From the NCBI GenBank assembly GCA_028712705.1, contig JAQTPP010000003.1, forward strand, positions 64,052 through 128,051: DNA of 64,000 nt, in the 5' to 3' direction. Both the position numbers and the translations under genes were made by a program. A model generated the notes under the pieces. It had not been told where the DNA came from. It did not search any database and was given only the letters and a program-made list of their open reading frames with translations. Below are positions 9,228 through 18,259 of the stretch, piece by piece. How positions within the stretch are numbered: the stretch's first letter is position 1; every line of letters begins with the position of its first letter. The stretch comes from Candidatus Daviesbacteria bacterium. Its GTDB lineage: Bacteria > Patescibacteriota > Microgenomatia > Daviesbacterales > UBA10151.

Positions 9228-11783
9228 ATGATTCGCGGTTCATGGAAAGAGAGAAAAGAAAATAAAAAGATCTGGAAGTTTAAGTTTTTATCAAATTTAT
9301 CTACAGGAATGTTAGTTATTGTAGTGGGGTTTTTGTTACTCCTTTTTGGATCCGTAATTTTTTTTGCAACCCAAATACCCAATCCTTCCGATCTATCAAA
9401 CCGCGACATTGCCCAGGCCACTAAAATTTATGATAGAAAAGGGCAATTGCTTTATGACATTTACCAAAACCAAAACAGGACGCCCATAAAGTTAGCCGAA
9501 ATCCCTGAATATGTTAAAGAAGCAACCATTGCTATTGAGGATAAGGAATTCTACAAACATTCCGGTTTTTCTATCACCGGTATTATCAGATCTGTTTTTG
9601 AACTGGTGATTCACCGTCGGGTTGAAGGCGGATCTACACTGACTCAACAGCTGGTTAAAAATGCTTTGCTTTCCGGCGAGAGGACTCTAACCCGGAAACT
9701 TAAGGAATTCATTCTGGCAGTGCAGGTAGAACGCGCTTATTCTAAGGATGAAATTTTAGAGATGTACTTGAACGAAATTCCTTATGGCGGGACAGCTTAC
9801 GGAATTGAGGCTGCAGCTAATTTATATTTTGGAAAATCCGCTAAGGATTTGGACCTTGCGGAAGCGTCCCTTTTGGCAGGTTTACCTCAGCGTCCTTCTG
9901 TTTACTCGCCCTATGGCAGCCATCCTGAGCTGGCACAAGTCAGACAAAAAGAAGTTTTAGGTAGGATGGTTGAAGATAAGTTTATTACGGAAAATCAAGC
10001 TACGACAGCAACAGCGGAGCAGTTGATTTACAGGACAGGCCGGAGCGAACAGGGTTTCAAGGCGCCTCATTTTGTTCTTTATGTGAAGGAGAAGCTAATT
10101 GAGCAATTCGGGGACAAGATGGTGGAAGGAGGAGGTTTAAAGGTAACTACAACGCTGGATTATGATTTGCAGGAACAAACCGAGAAGATAGTTAAAAAAG
10201 AAGTAGATAACTTATCATCAGCCAAAGTTGGCAATGGAGCAGCTGTGGTGTTGGATCCAAAAACCGGCCAGATCCTTTCGATGGTTGGAAGCAGGGATTA
10301 TTTTGGTAAATCTGCGCCTGACGGGTGTAAAGAAGGAATAACTTGCAGCTTTGAACCTAATGTAAATGTAGCCACCAGTCCAAGGCAGCCCGGTTCTGCA
10401 ACCAAACCGATCGCCTACTCTAAAGCTTTGCAAAAGGGATATACGGCAAATCAAGTTTACATGGATGTTAAAACCGAGTTTCCCGGAGGTAATAAACCTA
10501 CCTATATTCCTGTTAATTATGACGGTCAATATCACGGAGTTGTCCAGATGAGGTATGCCCTGGGTAATTCATACAATATTGCTGCTGTTAAGAACTTAGG
10601 CTTGGTCGGAGTAAAAGATGTGCTGTCGCTGGGTTACCAAATGGGTCTAACAACCTGGGAGCCTTCGGATGAAAATGTAGCATCAGTTGGCTTAAGTCTT
10701 GTTTTGGGAGGCAGAGAAGTCAGACTTCTTGATTTAACCTCGGCCTATTCAGTTTTTGCCAACCAGGGTCGCCAGCTTGATCCTGTTTCTATTTTGAAAG
10801 TTACGGACAGCAAAGATAAAACCCTGTTTGAATTTCATCAATCGCAGGGAAAAGAAGTTTTAGATCAGGGTATCGCCTTTATCATTTCAGATATCCTTTC
10901 TGACAATGGTGCCAGAACAGCGGCCTTTGGTTCAAATTCGGTCCTAAACGTGTCCGGTAAAACCGTGGCAGTTAAAACCGGAACAACTGATGAGAAAAGG
11001 GATAATTGGACAATCGGATATACGCCGTCTGTTGTTGTGGGAGTTTGGGTTGGCAACAATGATAATTCTATAATGAGTCCTGTTGTTGCTTCCGGCATAA
11101 CAGGCGCCTCCCCTATCTGGAATAAAATTATGGCTGCTGTGCTTAAAAGCAGTCCTAATGAATCGTTTCCAAGGCCGGATGACGTTGTGCAAGTTGAAGT
11201 AGACGGCTTGATGACAGGAAAGCCGCATGCCGGTTCCCCGACCAGGAGAGAATATTTTATAGCCGGAACAGAGCCGAAAAACGAATCAAGCTCTTATCAG
11301 CGCCAGAAAGTTTGTAAAAGCAATCCTCACCGGTTGGCTAATGATAATGAAGATAACGAGGAAAAGGATGTAGTGGTTTTAAAAGAAGACGATCCGACCG
11401 GAGCAAATAAATGGCAGACCGGTATAGACCAGTGGGTTTTGACAGCTGCTGACGCCCGTTTGGTTGGGGCTACAAGAGGTTGTTCGGGTGTTCCCGGCTT
11501 TACAGCCGGCACTGGTGGAGTGATAGAGATTGTGAATGTGGGTAACGGCGCTAACGTACCAAGGGTTTTTGATGTTTTGGCTAGGGCTAACTCACCCGCC
11601 GGTGTTAAAAAAGTTACATGGTTAATAGACGGCGGGGTAAAATCAACTCAAACTTCCGAGCCTTTTGCCCTGCATGTGGAATTTCCAGTTGGTGATAAAG
11701 GTTCGCATACAATTACCATAACTTTGGAAGATAATAACGGCGGAAGTTTTTCCAGCTCAATTGGGGTTACTGTGGCCTTGTAA
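9228..11783 (+). CDS. class A penicillin-binding protein (transglycosylase + transpeptidase) with C-terminal Ig-like extension
   Basis: 851-aa ORF. GT51 motifs (EDKEFYKHSGF, GGSTLTQQL), transpeptidase motifs (SATKP, KTGT). TATAAT at 9213-9218 sits 9 nt before the ATG. Confidence 0.85.
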   Translation: MIRGSWKERKENKKIWKFKFLSNLSTGMLVIVVGFLLLLFGSVIFFATQIPNPSDLSNRDIAQATKIYDRKGQLLYDIYQNQNRTPIKLAEIPEYVKEATIAIEDKEFYKHSGFSITGIIRSVFELVIHRRVEGGSTLTQQLVKNALLSGERTLTRKLKEFILAVQVERAYSKDEILEMYLNEIPYGGTAYGIEAAANLYFGKSAKDLDLAEASLLAGLPQRPSVYSPYGSHPELAQVRQKEVLGRMVEDKFITENQATTATAEQLIYRTGRSEQGFKAPHFVLYVKEKLIEQFGDKMVEGGGLKVTTTLDYDLQEQTEKIVKKEVDNLSSAKVGNGAAVVLDPKTGQILSMVGSRDYFGKSAPDGCKEGITCSFEPNVNVATSPRQPGSATKPIAYSKALQKGYTANQVYMDVKTEFPGGNKPTYIPVNYDGQYHGVVQMRYALGNSYNIAAVKNLGLVGVKDVLSLGYQMGLTTWEPSDENVASVGLSLVLGGREVRLLDLTSAYSVFANQGRQLDPVSILKVTDSKDKTLFEFHQSQGKEVLDQGIAFIISDILSDNGARTAAFGSNSVLNVSGKTVAVKTGTTDEKRDNWTIGYTPSVVVGVWVGNNDNSIMSPVVASGITGASPIWNKIMAAVLKSSPNESFPRPDDVVQVEVDGLMTGKPHAGSPTRREYFIAGTEPKNESSSYQRQKVCKSNPHRLANDNEDNEEKDVVVLKEDDPTGANKWQTGIDQWVLTAADARLVGATRGCSGVPGFTAGTGGVIEIVNVGNGANVPRVFDVLARANSPAGVKKVTWLIDGGVKSTQTSEPFALHVEFPVGDKGSHTITITLEDNNGGSFSSSIGVTVAL

Positions 11784-12040
11784 TATTGTAATAAATGATA
11801 TAATTTATTCTAATAAATATGACAACACCGGAACAAGGGAGAGAAACTGGTTCAATTATCAGTACTGATATTGGTGCTGATGATACTGTATTGCTGAATT
11901 TAGTAAGTGATAAATTAGCAAGTGGACAAGAGGGAGGGCGTAAGGGAAGAAGATTTAGAGGAGGTCAAAGCGGGTTAGGTGTTGTTTCTCTATCAACTGG
12001 GATTCTGCCTGGTTTTCCTAACGCTATACTTCTAATTCCT

Positions 12041-13741
12041 TCAGGGTCTCGTTAGAGGATTTAATTCTATTTCCAAAACAGCTACTCTTTGATCAATCCC
12101 AAATTTATTAACAAATCTCGGATGAATTTCGGCCATACCGTCTGTATATCTTGTTGGATGAAAATATTCTCTTGATTTTCCACCTCCGAGGTGTAATTGC
12201 ATTTTTTCACCTCGGAGGTGTTTTTGTGCTTGCTGGAAAATTTGGTTAAGCTCCTGGATGGGATTATCGGTATCATTACACAAAGCAATTGCCAGATGGT
12301 AATTCTCATGGGGTAAATCTCCTTTTTGCGGAGTATATATTTTCCCTAATTCAAAAATAGCAATATCCTTTATTCCATTCCTGATATTTTTGGCAGCTAC
12401 TTCTAAAAGATTCGGCCAAAGATTGTCCCTTAAATACTCGGTTTCGGACGAAATAGGATTAGCAATTTTAACCAAATTGTTTTTATCCCGGTCCAAATTA
12501 TTTAAAACACCAGTTGAGTAAAAAGAATATGTTTGCACTTCTGTTAAACCTGCCTCTTTTAAGGATTTTTTTAAATCATAAATAAAATTGGGAAAACTTT
12601 GATCGATTTTCTCCGGAAGATTCCCTTCAAGTGTTTTTGGGGGGATTTTTTCATACCCATACATCCTGGCTACTTCCTCTACCAGGTCTTCTTCAATGCT
12701 GATATCCAGTCTCCAGTATGGCACTGTGACATTCCAAACCATTCCACCTCGAAGGTGTAATCGCATTTTTTCACCTTCGAGGTGTTTTGCTTCTAGTCTA
12801 AATCCTAGTTTTTTGAGGGATGATTCTGCCTCCTCTGGTGGAATGTCTACCCCAATTAATGAATTGATTTTTTGCCGGGTCAGTTGAATGGTTTTTACTT
12901 GATCCTGAAGATTTCCCGTAAATGTAATGGCAGTCAGTTTGCCACCCAAACCTTCATACATTTTGATGGCAGCAGACAAGGCTTGGAGCAAGTTGGTTTT
13001 AGTTAGGCCGTGCTGGAATCTTTTAGTCGCTTCCGAGTAAAGACCGTGTTTTTTAGAGCTTTTTCTGTTGAAAACAGGATCAAAAATGGCTGCCTCCAGA
13101 AGAATAGTTGTTGTTTTCTCTGTAACTTCCGAATTTTTTCCTCCCATTACTCCGGCAAGCGCCAGAGCTTTTTCTGAATCCGTAATTAATAAGTCAGTTT
13201 CATCTAAAGTTCGATCCTTTCCATCAAGCGTCATAATTTTTTCATCCTGCTTGGCAGTTCTCACAATCAACATCCCGTCTTTGACTTGAGATGCATCAAA
13301 GGCATGCATGGGCTGGTCATACTCAAGCATGATCAGATTAGTAACATCAGCAATGTTATTGACAGATCTGACGCCGCAATCTGTTAATTTTTTTACCCAT
13401 TGATCGGATGATGGTTTAATCTTAATGCCTTCAATTTTAGCTACACAATAAACTGGACAAAGACTTTTATTGTCAACTTGTACCGGGGTTTCAGGCAGGC
13501 AAGGATAAGTAGGTGGTTTGAGGTTTGAAAATAATAGCTCAGAGTCTGTTACAGCAGCTACTTCTCTGGCTACTCCGCGCATGGAAAGTAAATCACCCCG
13601 ATTGTATGTTAAATCTAATTCCAGATAGTCTTGTGTTTGATTTTTTATCCCAATGGAAATAAGCGACAATTTATCTGCCAGTTCTTGAGGAGATAGATTA
13701 CAGTTAACCAATTCTTTGAGCCAGGAAAGTGAAACTCTCAT
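12041..13741 (-). CDS. pheT: phenylalanine--tRNA ligase beta subunit
   Basis: MRVSLSWLKELV start; directly downstream of pheS. Carries two in-frame hairpin insertions. Confidence 0.85.
   Translation of the reverse strand: MRVSLSWLKELVNCNLSPQELADKLSLISIGIKNQTQDYLELDLTYNRGDLLSMRGVAREVAAVTDSELLFSNLKPPTYPCLPETPVQVDNKSLCPVYCVAKIEGIKIKPSSDQWVKKLTDCGVRSVNNIADVTNLIMLEYDQPMHAFDASQVKDGMLIVRTAKQDEKIMTLDGKDRTLDETDLLITDSEKALALAGVMGGKNSEVTEKTTTILLEAAIFDPVFNRKSSKKHGLYSEATKRFQHGLTKTNLLQALSAAIKMYEGLGGKLTAITFTGNLQDQVKTIQLTRQKINSLIGVDIPPEEAESSLKKLGFRLEAKHLEGEKMRLHLRGGMVWNVTVPYWRLDISIEEDLVEEVARMYGYEKIPPKTLEGNLPEKIDQSFPNFIYDLKKSLKEAGLTEVQTYSFYSTGVLNNLDRDKNNLVKIANPISSETEYLRDNLWPNLLEVAAKNIRNGIKDIAIFELGKIYTPQKGDLPHENYHLAIALCNDTDNPIQELNQIFQQAQKHLRGEKMQLHLGGGKSREYFHPTRYTDGMAEIHPRFVNKFGIDQRVAVLEIELNPLTRP
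12181..12220. repeat. perfect hairpin element inside pheT, copy 1
   Basis: CACCTCCGAGGTG-taattgcatttttt-CACCTCGGAGGTG: 13-bp perfectly complementary arms. Translated in frame as KHLRGEKMQLHLGGG. Confidence 0.7.
12745..12784. repeat. perfect hairpin element inside pheT, copy 2
   Basis: CACCTCGAAGGTG-taatcgcatttttt-CACCTTCGAGGTG. The arms differ from copy 1 at the centre but remain perfectly complementary (compensatory changes). Translated as KHLEGEKMRLHLRGG. Confidence 0.7.
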
Positions 13742-13745
13742 AAGA

Positions 13746-14786
13746 TTAATGCTCTTGCAGAAACTTTAAATCTCCTTCCAGGAAATATCTGATATCTTCT
13801 ATCTCATGTTTTATCATTAGCATCCTGTCAGGTCCAAAACCCCAGGCTAAACCGGTATATTTTTTAGGATCCAGTCCTGTAGACTTAAAAACATTCGGAT
13901 GAATCATACCTGCTCCTGCTATTTCAAACCAACCTGTTCCCGAACAGATTTTACAACCGCGTCCATGACAAAACACACACAGGCAATCTATTCCAACTCC
14001 TGGTTCAACAAACGGGTAATATTTTGGCCTGAATCTAGACTTGGCCTCTTTGCCCAAAATTGCTTTGAGAAGATAATCAGATAGGAATTTTAAATTAGCC
14101 ATAGTTATCTTTTCGCCGACAACTGCCACCTCAAACTGGTTAAAAGTGTGTGAATGTCTTGCATCAATTGCTTCGTATCTAAAGCAGCGGTCAAAACTCA
14201 TCGCTCTAATCGGAGTTTTGCCTTTCTCCATTAATCTCGGCCAAAAATTGGAAGTATGGGTGCGCAGCAGCATTTGCCCGGGTTCAACTTCCAGCCCGGA
14301 GGTATCTACATACAGCGTATCCCACATATCGCGGGAAGGATGGTCCCTGGGGATATTCAGGTATTCAAAATTATATTTATCCCATTCGACGTGAGGGGCA
14401 TCAAATTGATAAAAGCCTAATTTTTCAAACAATTCTATAATTTCCTGTTTAAACTGAGTAGCAAGATGCAGATGTCCCTTCCTAGGCTCCAGGGCGTCCC
14501 CCTGGAGGCTAAGTTTTTCACTCTCCAGTGCTTTATAAGACTCTTCTCTAACCTCTTTCCTTCTTTTTTCTATTGCTTTTTCCAAATCATTTTTTGCTGC
14601 AATAAACAAAGGGGCAAGAGTTTTTAATTCCTCTTTTGCAATCCTGGAAAATCCTTTAGGGATAAGGGTTATTTGCCCGTTTTTTCCAAAAAGCGCCAAA
14701 AAAATCTCATCAAGCTCTTTTAAGCTTTTTGTCTTTTGAATTTTTTCCAGGTAATCTTTTTGGATTTGAGAGATTTTTTCTTCCAC
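13746..14786 (-). CDS. pheS: phenylalanine--tRNA ligase alpha subunit
   Basis: 346 aa. Class II aaRS motifs (FDRCFRYEAIDARHSHTFNQFE, GAGMIHP). Confidence 0.9.
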   Translation of the reverse strand: MEEKISQIQKDYLEKIQKTKSLKELDEIFLALFGKNGQITLIPKGFSRIAKEELKTLAPLFIAAKNDLEKAIEKRRKEVREESYKALESEKLSLQGDALEPRKGHLHLATQFKQEIIELFEKLGFYQFDAPHVEWDKYNFEYLNIPRDHPSRDMWDTLYVDTSGLEVEPGQMLLRTHTSNFWPRLMEKGKTPIRAMSFDRCFRYEAIDARHSHTFNQFEVAVVGEKITMANLKFLSDYLLKAILGKEAKSRFRPKYYPFVEPGVGIDCLCVFCHGRGCKICSGTGWFEIAGAGMIHPNVFKSTGLDPKKYTGLAWGFGPDRMLMIKHEIEDIRYFLEGDLKFLQEH

Positions 14787-14839
14787 AACTTTTAAATTCT
14801 AGCACAATACGAATGAATTTCGAAGAGACGAATGGAAGA

Positions 14840-15184
14840 TTAGCGGATTTTGGCAATGATGTTCTTGAAATCTTCAAGGTTGTTGACTGCCAATTCGGCT
14901 AAGATTTTTCGGTCAAGCTTTATGTTCTTTGCGTGTAAATCCGAAATAAATTTTGAATAGGATAATCCTTCATTTTTTAAAGCGATTCCCATTTGAGTAA
15001 TCCAAAGTCTTCTCATGTCCCGCTTTCTAAGCTTCCTGCCCGCAAAAGCGTATTCTCCTGCATGAAGTAAAGAAGATTTTGCTTCTCTAATCAGTTTACT
15101 TCTACCGCCTCTGTGGCCGCTAGTTAGCTTCAATACCTTTTTGTGTTTTCTATGCGATGTAACTCCTCTTTTAACTCTTGCCAT
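14840..15184 (-). CDS. rplT: 50S ribosomal protein L20
   Basis: 114 aa. MARVKRGVTSHRKHKK... is a typical L20 sequence. Confidence 0.9.
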   Translation of the reverse strand: MARVKRGVTSHRKHKKVLKLTSGHRGGRSKLIREAKSSLLHAGEYAFAGRKLRKRDMRRLWITQMGIALKNEGLSYSKFISDLHAKNIKLDRKILAELAVNNLEDFKNIIAKIR

Positions 15185-15323
15185 AGTAACCGCCTTTCTT
15201 AAAAAAATTAATTATTTTTCCCCAATATCCTGTACGGTTAATCCCGGCGTAGTTTCTTGCCGATAAATTACCTGCTCTTGATCTTCCGGTTTGTCTGAAA
15301 TTCCTTGTTTCTCTGCCCATTTT

Positions 15324-15521
15324 TTAAAGTCCTATTATCTTTCTAAGATGTTTGCCTTCTCCTTTAAAATATTCACTTGTTTTCTTTTGGCGGTTGAGCG
15401 CTCCCTTACTTTTGTTCCGTTTGAGATGTCCGGCTCCAAGCTGGTGTCTTCTTAAAATCTTACCTGTTGAGGTAATTTTGATTCTCTTAAATATTGATTT
15501 GTTTGTTTTCTGCTTCGGCAT
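15324..15521 (-). CDS. rpmI: 50S ribosomal protein L35
   Basis: 65 aa. MPKQKTNKSIFKRIKITSTGKILRRH... Confidence 0.9.
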   Translation of the reverse strand: MPKQKTNKSIFKRIKITSTGKILRRHQLGAGHLKRNKSKGALNRQKKTSEYFKGEGKHLRKIIGL

Positions 15522-16038
15522 TTTTATCCTTTCTTCCTTTTCCTACGATCATTGATAATTTTCTTCCTTCAAACTTAGCTTCCTTATCTACCGCAACATT
15601 ATCCCCTAAAAGGGCTAGAGCTTCTTGTAAAATCTGGCGTCCAAGTTCGGGGTGAGCCATTTCCCTGCCCTTAAACTTAACCGTTAACTTTACCTTATAA
15701 CCTTCTTTTAAGAACTCTTCAGTTCTCGTTAGTCTGACTTTAAGGTCATGTTCTGCAATCCGTGGAGACAGCCACAATTCTTTCAACCCCCCTGCAGATA
15801 CGCCTTTTTTTGATGCTCTATCCTTTTTATTCTCTTCATACCTGAATTTCTGAAAATCAGCTATTTTGACGACAGGCGGCTGTGCATTGGGAGCAATTTC
15901 TATCACATCCTGTCCTAATGCCTTAGCTTTTTCCAAAGCCTCAAGTCTAGTTAAGATTCCCAGCTGTTCGCCCTTGGAATCTATTACCCTAAGCTTAGGA
16001 GCTTGGATATGCTCATTAAGACGATAAAATTTGGCCAG
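15487..16038 (-). CDS. infC: translation initiation factor IF-3, probable CTG start
   Basis: The ORF track begins at an internal Met (15936). The in-frame upstream extension encodes the conserved N-terminus INEHIQAPKLRVIDSKGEQLG. It is bounded by an in-frame TAA. CTG at 16036-16038 lies 8 nt after GGAGG. Confidence 0.8.
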   Translation of the reverse strand: MAKFYRLNEHIQAPKLRVIDSKGEQLGILTRLEALEKAKALGQDVIEIAPNAQPPVVKIADFQKFRYEENKKDRASKKGVSAGGLKELWLSPRIAEHDLKVRLTRTEEFLKEGYKVKLTVKFKGREMAHPELGRQILQEALALLGDNVAVDKEAKFEGRKLSMIVGKGRKDKNAEAENKQINI

Positions 16039-16126
16039 TTAACGAGCCTCCTTCATAGTTGCTTTTGTAGATATTAACACAGATTATACCTTAGATTCAA
16101 TGGTTCGATTTCACTCACCATTTCGC

Positions 16127-17356
16127 TTAAGATGACTTAAGCTCAATCTCCGAATTAATTCTTGTTAAAAATTCTTCAACCCCTAATGTACCTAAGTCCT
16201 GCCCCATTCTTGTCCTGACAGCGATTTTCTTTTCTTTTTCTTCGCGGTCGCCCACGATAATCATGTAAGGAATTTTTTGATTTTGGGCGTCTCGGATTTT
16301 TGCCTGCATAGTTTCTTGCCTGCTATCAAGCTCTGCCCTGATATTTGAAAACTTTAACTGTTCGAGTACAATTTGACTATATTTTTGATGCCGATCGGCA
16401 ATGGGTATAATTTGTACCTGGGTTGGAGAGAGCCAAGTTGGAAAAGCCCCCTGGAAATGTTCGGTTAAAATAGCTATAAACCTTTCAAAAGAACCAAAGA
16501 TAGCTCTGTGGATCATGACCGGGCGCGGCTTATTCCCTTTTTCATCAGTATATTCCAGTTCAAATGCTTCAGGTTGGTGAAAGTCAAGTTGGACAGTGGC
16601 CAGTTGCCATTCTCTTCCTTGAGTATCTTTAATATGTACATCAATCTTAGGCCCATAAAATGCACCGTCACCCTTTTTGTCTCCGGCTTTTAATCCTTTT
16701 TCCTTCAAAACATTCTCCAGAGCTTTTTCAGCTTTACCCCAATTTTCATCAGTTCCTGCTCTTGTATCCGGTCTGGTTGCTAACCTGAATTCGTATTCAA
16801 AATTAAAACTTTTGTAGAATTCAATCATCATATCTAAAATGCTTCCTACCTCGTCCGGTATCTGGTCTTCTGTAGCATAAATGTGGGCATCATCCATAGT
16901 AAGCTGGCGAACCCGCAGTAATCCGTTGACCTCCCCTGACTTTTCTCTTCTGTGCAACCTGCCAATTTCAGAAAGCCTTAAAGGCAGCTCCCGGTAGCTT
17001 CTGGGTCTGAACCTATAGAGGATAGTTGATTCGGGGCAGTTCATTGGTTTTAAGGTGTAGCTTACTGGTTTCGAATCATCTGCTTCATCAGAAAGCTGAA
17101 GGTTATACATATTGTGTTCACCGAATTTTTCCCAGTGTCCGGATTGCTTAAATATTTCGCTTTTGACCATGATTGGTGTTGAAGTTTCCAGATATCCTGC
17201 TTTTTCAGTTAGTTCGCGGATGTATTTTTCCAGTTCTTTAAAAATAACCATTCCTTTTGGAAGCCAGAATGGAGCGCCGGGAGCAATATCGTCTGTAAAA
17301 AAAAGTTCAAGCTCCTGGCCGATTTGTTTGTGATCTTTTAAATTCTTTTGATCCAT
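16127..17356 (-). CDS. thrS: threonine--tRNA ligase, short form lacking N-terminal TGS/editing domains
   Basis: 409 aa. DHKQIGQELELF (ThrRS signature), class II core plus anticodon-binding domain. Operon position upstream of infC. Confidence 0.85.
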   Translation of the reverse strand: MDQKNLKDHKQIGQELELFFTDDIAPGAPFWLPKGMVIFKELEKYIRELTEKAGYLETSTPIMVKSEIFKQSGHWEKFGEHNMYNLQLSDEADDSKPVSYTLKPMNCPESTILYRFRPRSYRELPLRLSEIGRLHRREKSGEVNGLLRVRQLTMDDAHIYATEDQIPDEVGSILDMMIEFYKSFNFEYEFRLATRPDTRAGTDENWGKAEKALENVLKEKGLKAGDKKGDGAFYGPKIDVHIKDTQGREWQLATVQLDFHQPEAFELEYTDEKGNKPRPVMIHRAIFGSFERFIAILTEHFQGAFPTWLSPTQVQIIPIADRHQKYSQIVLEQLKFSNIRAELDSRQETMQAKIRDAQNQKIPYMIIVGDREEKEKKIAVRTRMGQDLGTLGVEEFLTRINSEIELKSS

Positions 17357-17414
17357 ACTCGTATATTACTGTTTGCTTGTGGGTTATGTAAAGAGGTGTT
17401 AGAATTTACCAATC

Positions 17415-17487
17415 GGGTGGTTAGCTCAGCTGGTAGAGCGCATTCTTGACGTGAATGAGGTCACAGGTTCGATCCCTGTACCGCCCA
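17415..17487 (+). tRNA. tRNA-Val (anticodon GAC)
   Basis: Cloverleaf: acceptor GGGTGGT/ACCGCCC, anticodon loop ttGACgt, T-loop TTCGATC. Confidence 0.85.
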
Positions 17488-17492
17488 CAGAA

Positions 17493-18098
17493 TTAGCCTA
17501 CTGCTTGGAAAGAGAGATTACCTTTCGAACCGGAGGCTCCTTCAAATGCGACCTCCAGAGAATTTGGTTGTTTGGTCGAACTAGGTATTTCTGTATCTGC
17601 CTTCTGTTGCGCAGTTGCAAGTGCTTCTTCTTTAGCTTGCCTATATAGTTCAGTCATGTGGTAAGGATCTTCTGTATGTGCTCTTCTCAAACTAGCGTTT
17701 AATCGAAGTCTCCTATTCCTATCCTCCTCAGACATACCTGCAACTCCATGTCTAATTTCTTCTTGGGTAACAAATTCAATCCGAGATTGCCTAAGGATAC
17801 TTTCTGCTTCAGCAACAGCAGATCGTTGTTCTGCCAGCAATTGTTGATCAGTTTTTTCAGGGGTTCTTGGAATTTGGAAACCGGTAAGCGAGCCGGTTTC
17901 CAAACCCTTTGGTCTTGTTTCGTGCCATTTGGTTGCTTGACTTAATTGTTCAACACCGACTGGTCCTTCGTTTACATAACCCGCGCCACTACCTATAATT
18001 GTATCAAAGATATTTTCGAAAGTGCCTCCAATAATATCTCTAGGGTTAACTTTTTCCCTTTTTGGTTGCGTTGATTGTAAAATAGTTGTATCAGTCAT
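17493..18098 (-). CDS. hypothetical protein
   Basis: 201-aa ORF between two tRNA genes; no recognisable motif. Confidence 0.5.
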   Translation of the reverse strand: MTDTTILQSTQPKREKVNPRDIIGGTFENIFDTIIGSGAGYVNEGPVGVEQLSQATKWHETRPKGLETGSLTGFQIPRTPEKTDQQLLAEQRSAVAEAESILRQSRIEFVTQEEIRHGVAGMSEEDRNRRLRLNASLRRAHTEDPYHMTELYRQAKEEALATAQQKADTEIPSSTKQPNSLEVAFEGASGSKGNLSFQAVG

Positions 18099-18145
18099 AT
18101 TAGATTGTTATTTTACAACTTTATGACTATAAGTCAAGAACAGGG

Positions 18146-18226
18146 TGCCCGGGAGAGGAGTCGAACCTCCATGCTTTGCGGCACAGGATCCTAAATCCTG
18201 CGTGTCTACCATTCCACCACCCGGAC
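18146..18226 (-). tRNA. tRNA-Leu (anticodon TAG), long variable arm
   Basis: Reverse complement: GTCCGGGTGGTGGAATGGTAGAC..., anticodon loop ttTAGga, T-loop TTCGACT. Confidence 0.8.
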
Positions 18227-18259
18227 GCGAGATGATCATTTTAACAGAATATTAAGGAT

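Noticed and set aside
10218-11512. Four minus-strand ORFs inside the PBP gene
   Set aside because: Antisense shadows of a confidently identified CDS.
11819-12055. 78-aa Gly/Arg-rich ORF between the PBP and pheT
   Set aside because: Low-complexity translation with no start context. More likely noncoding spacer or terminator region.
17451-17648. ORF 17451-17648 (+)
   Set aside because: Starts inside tRNA-Val and runs antisense to the 201-aa gene.
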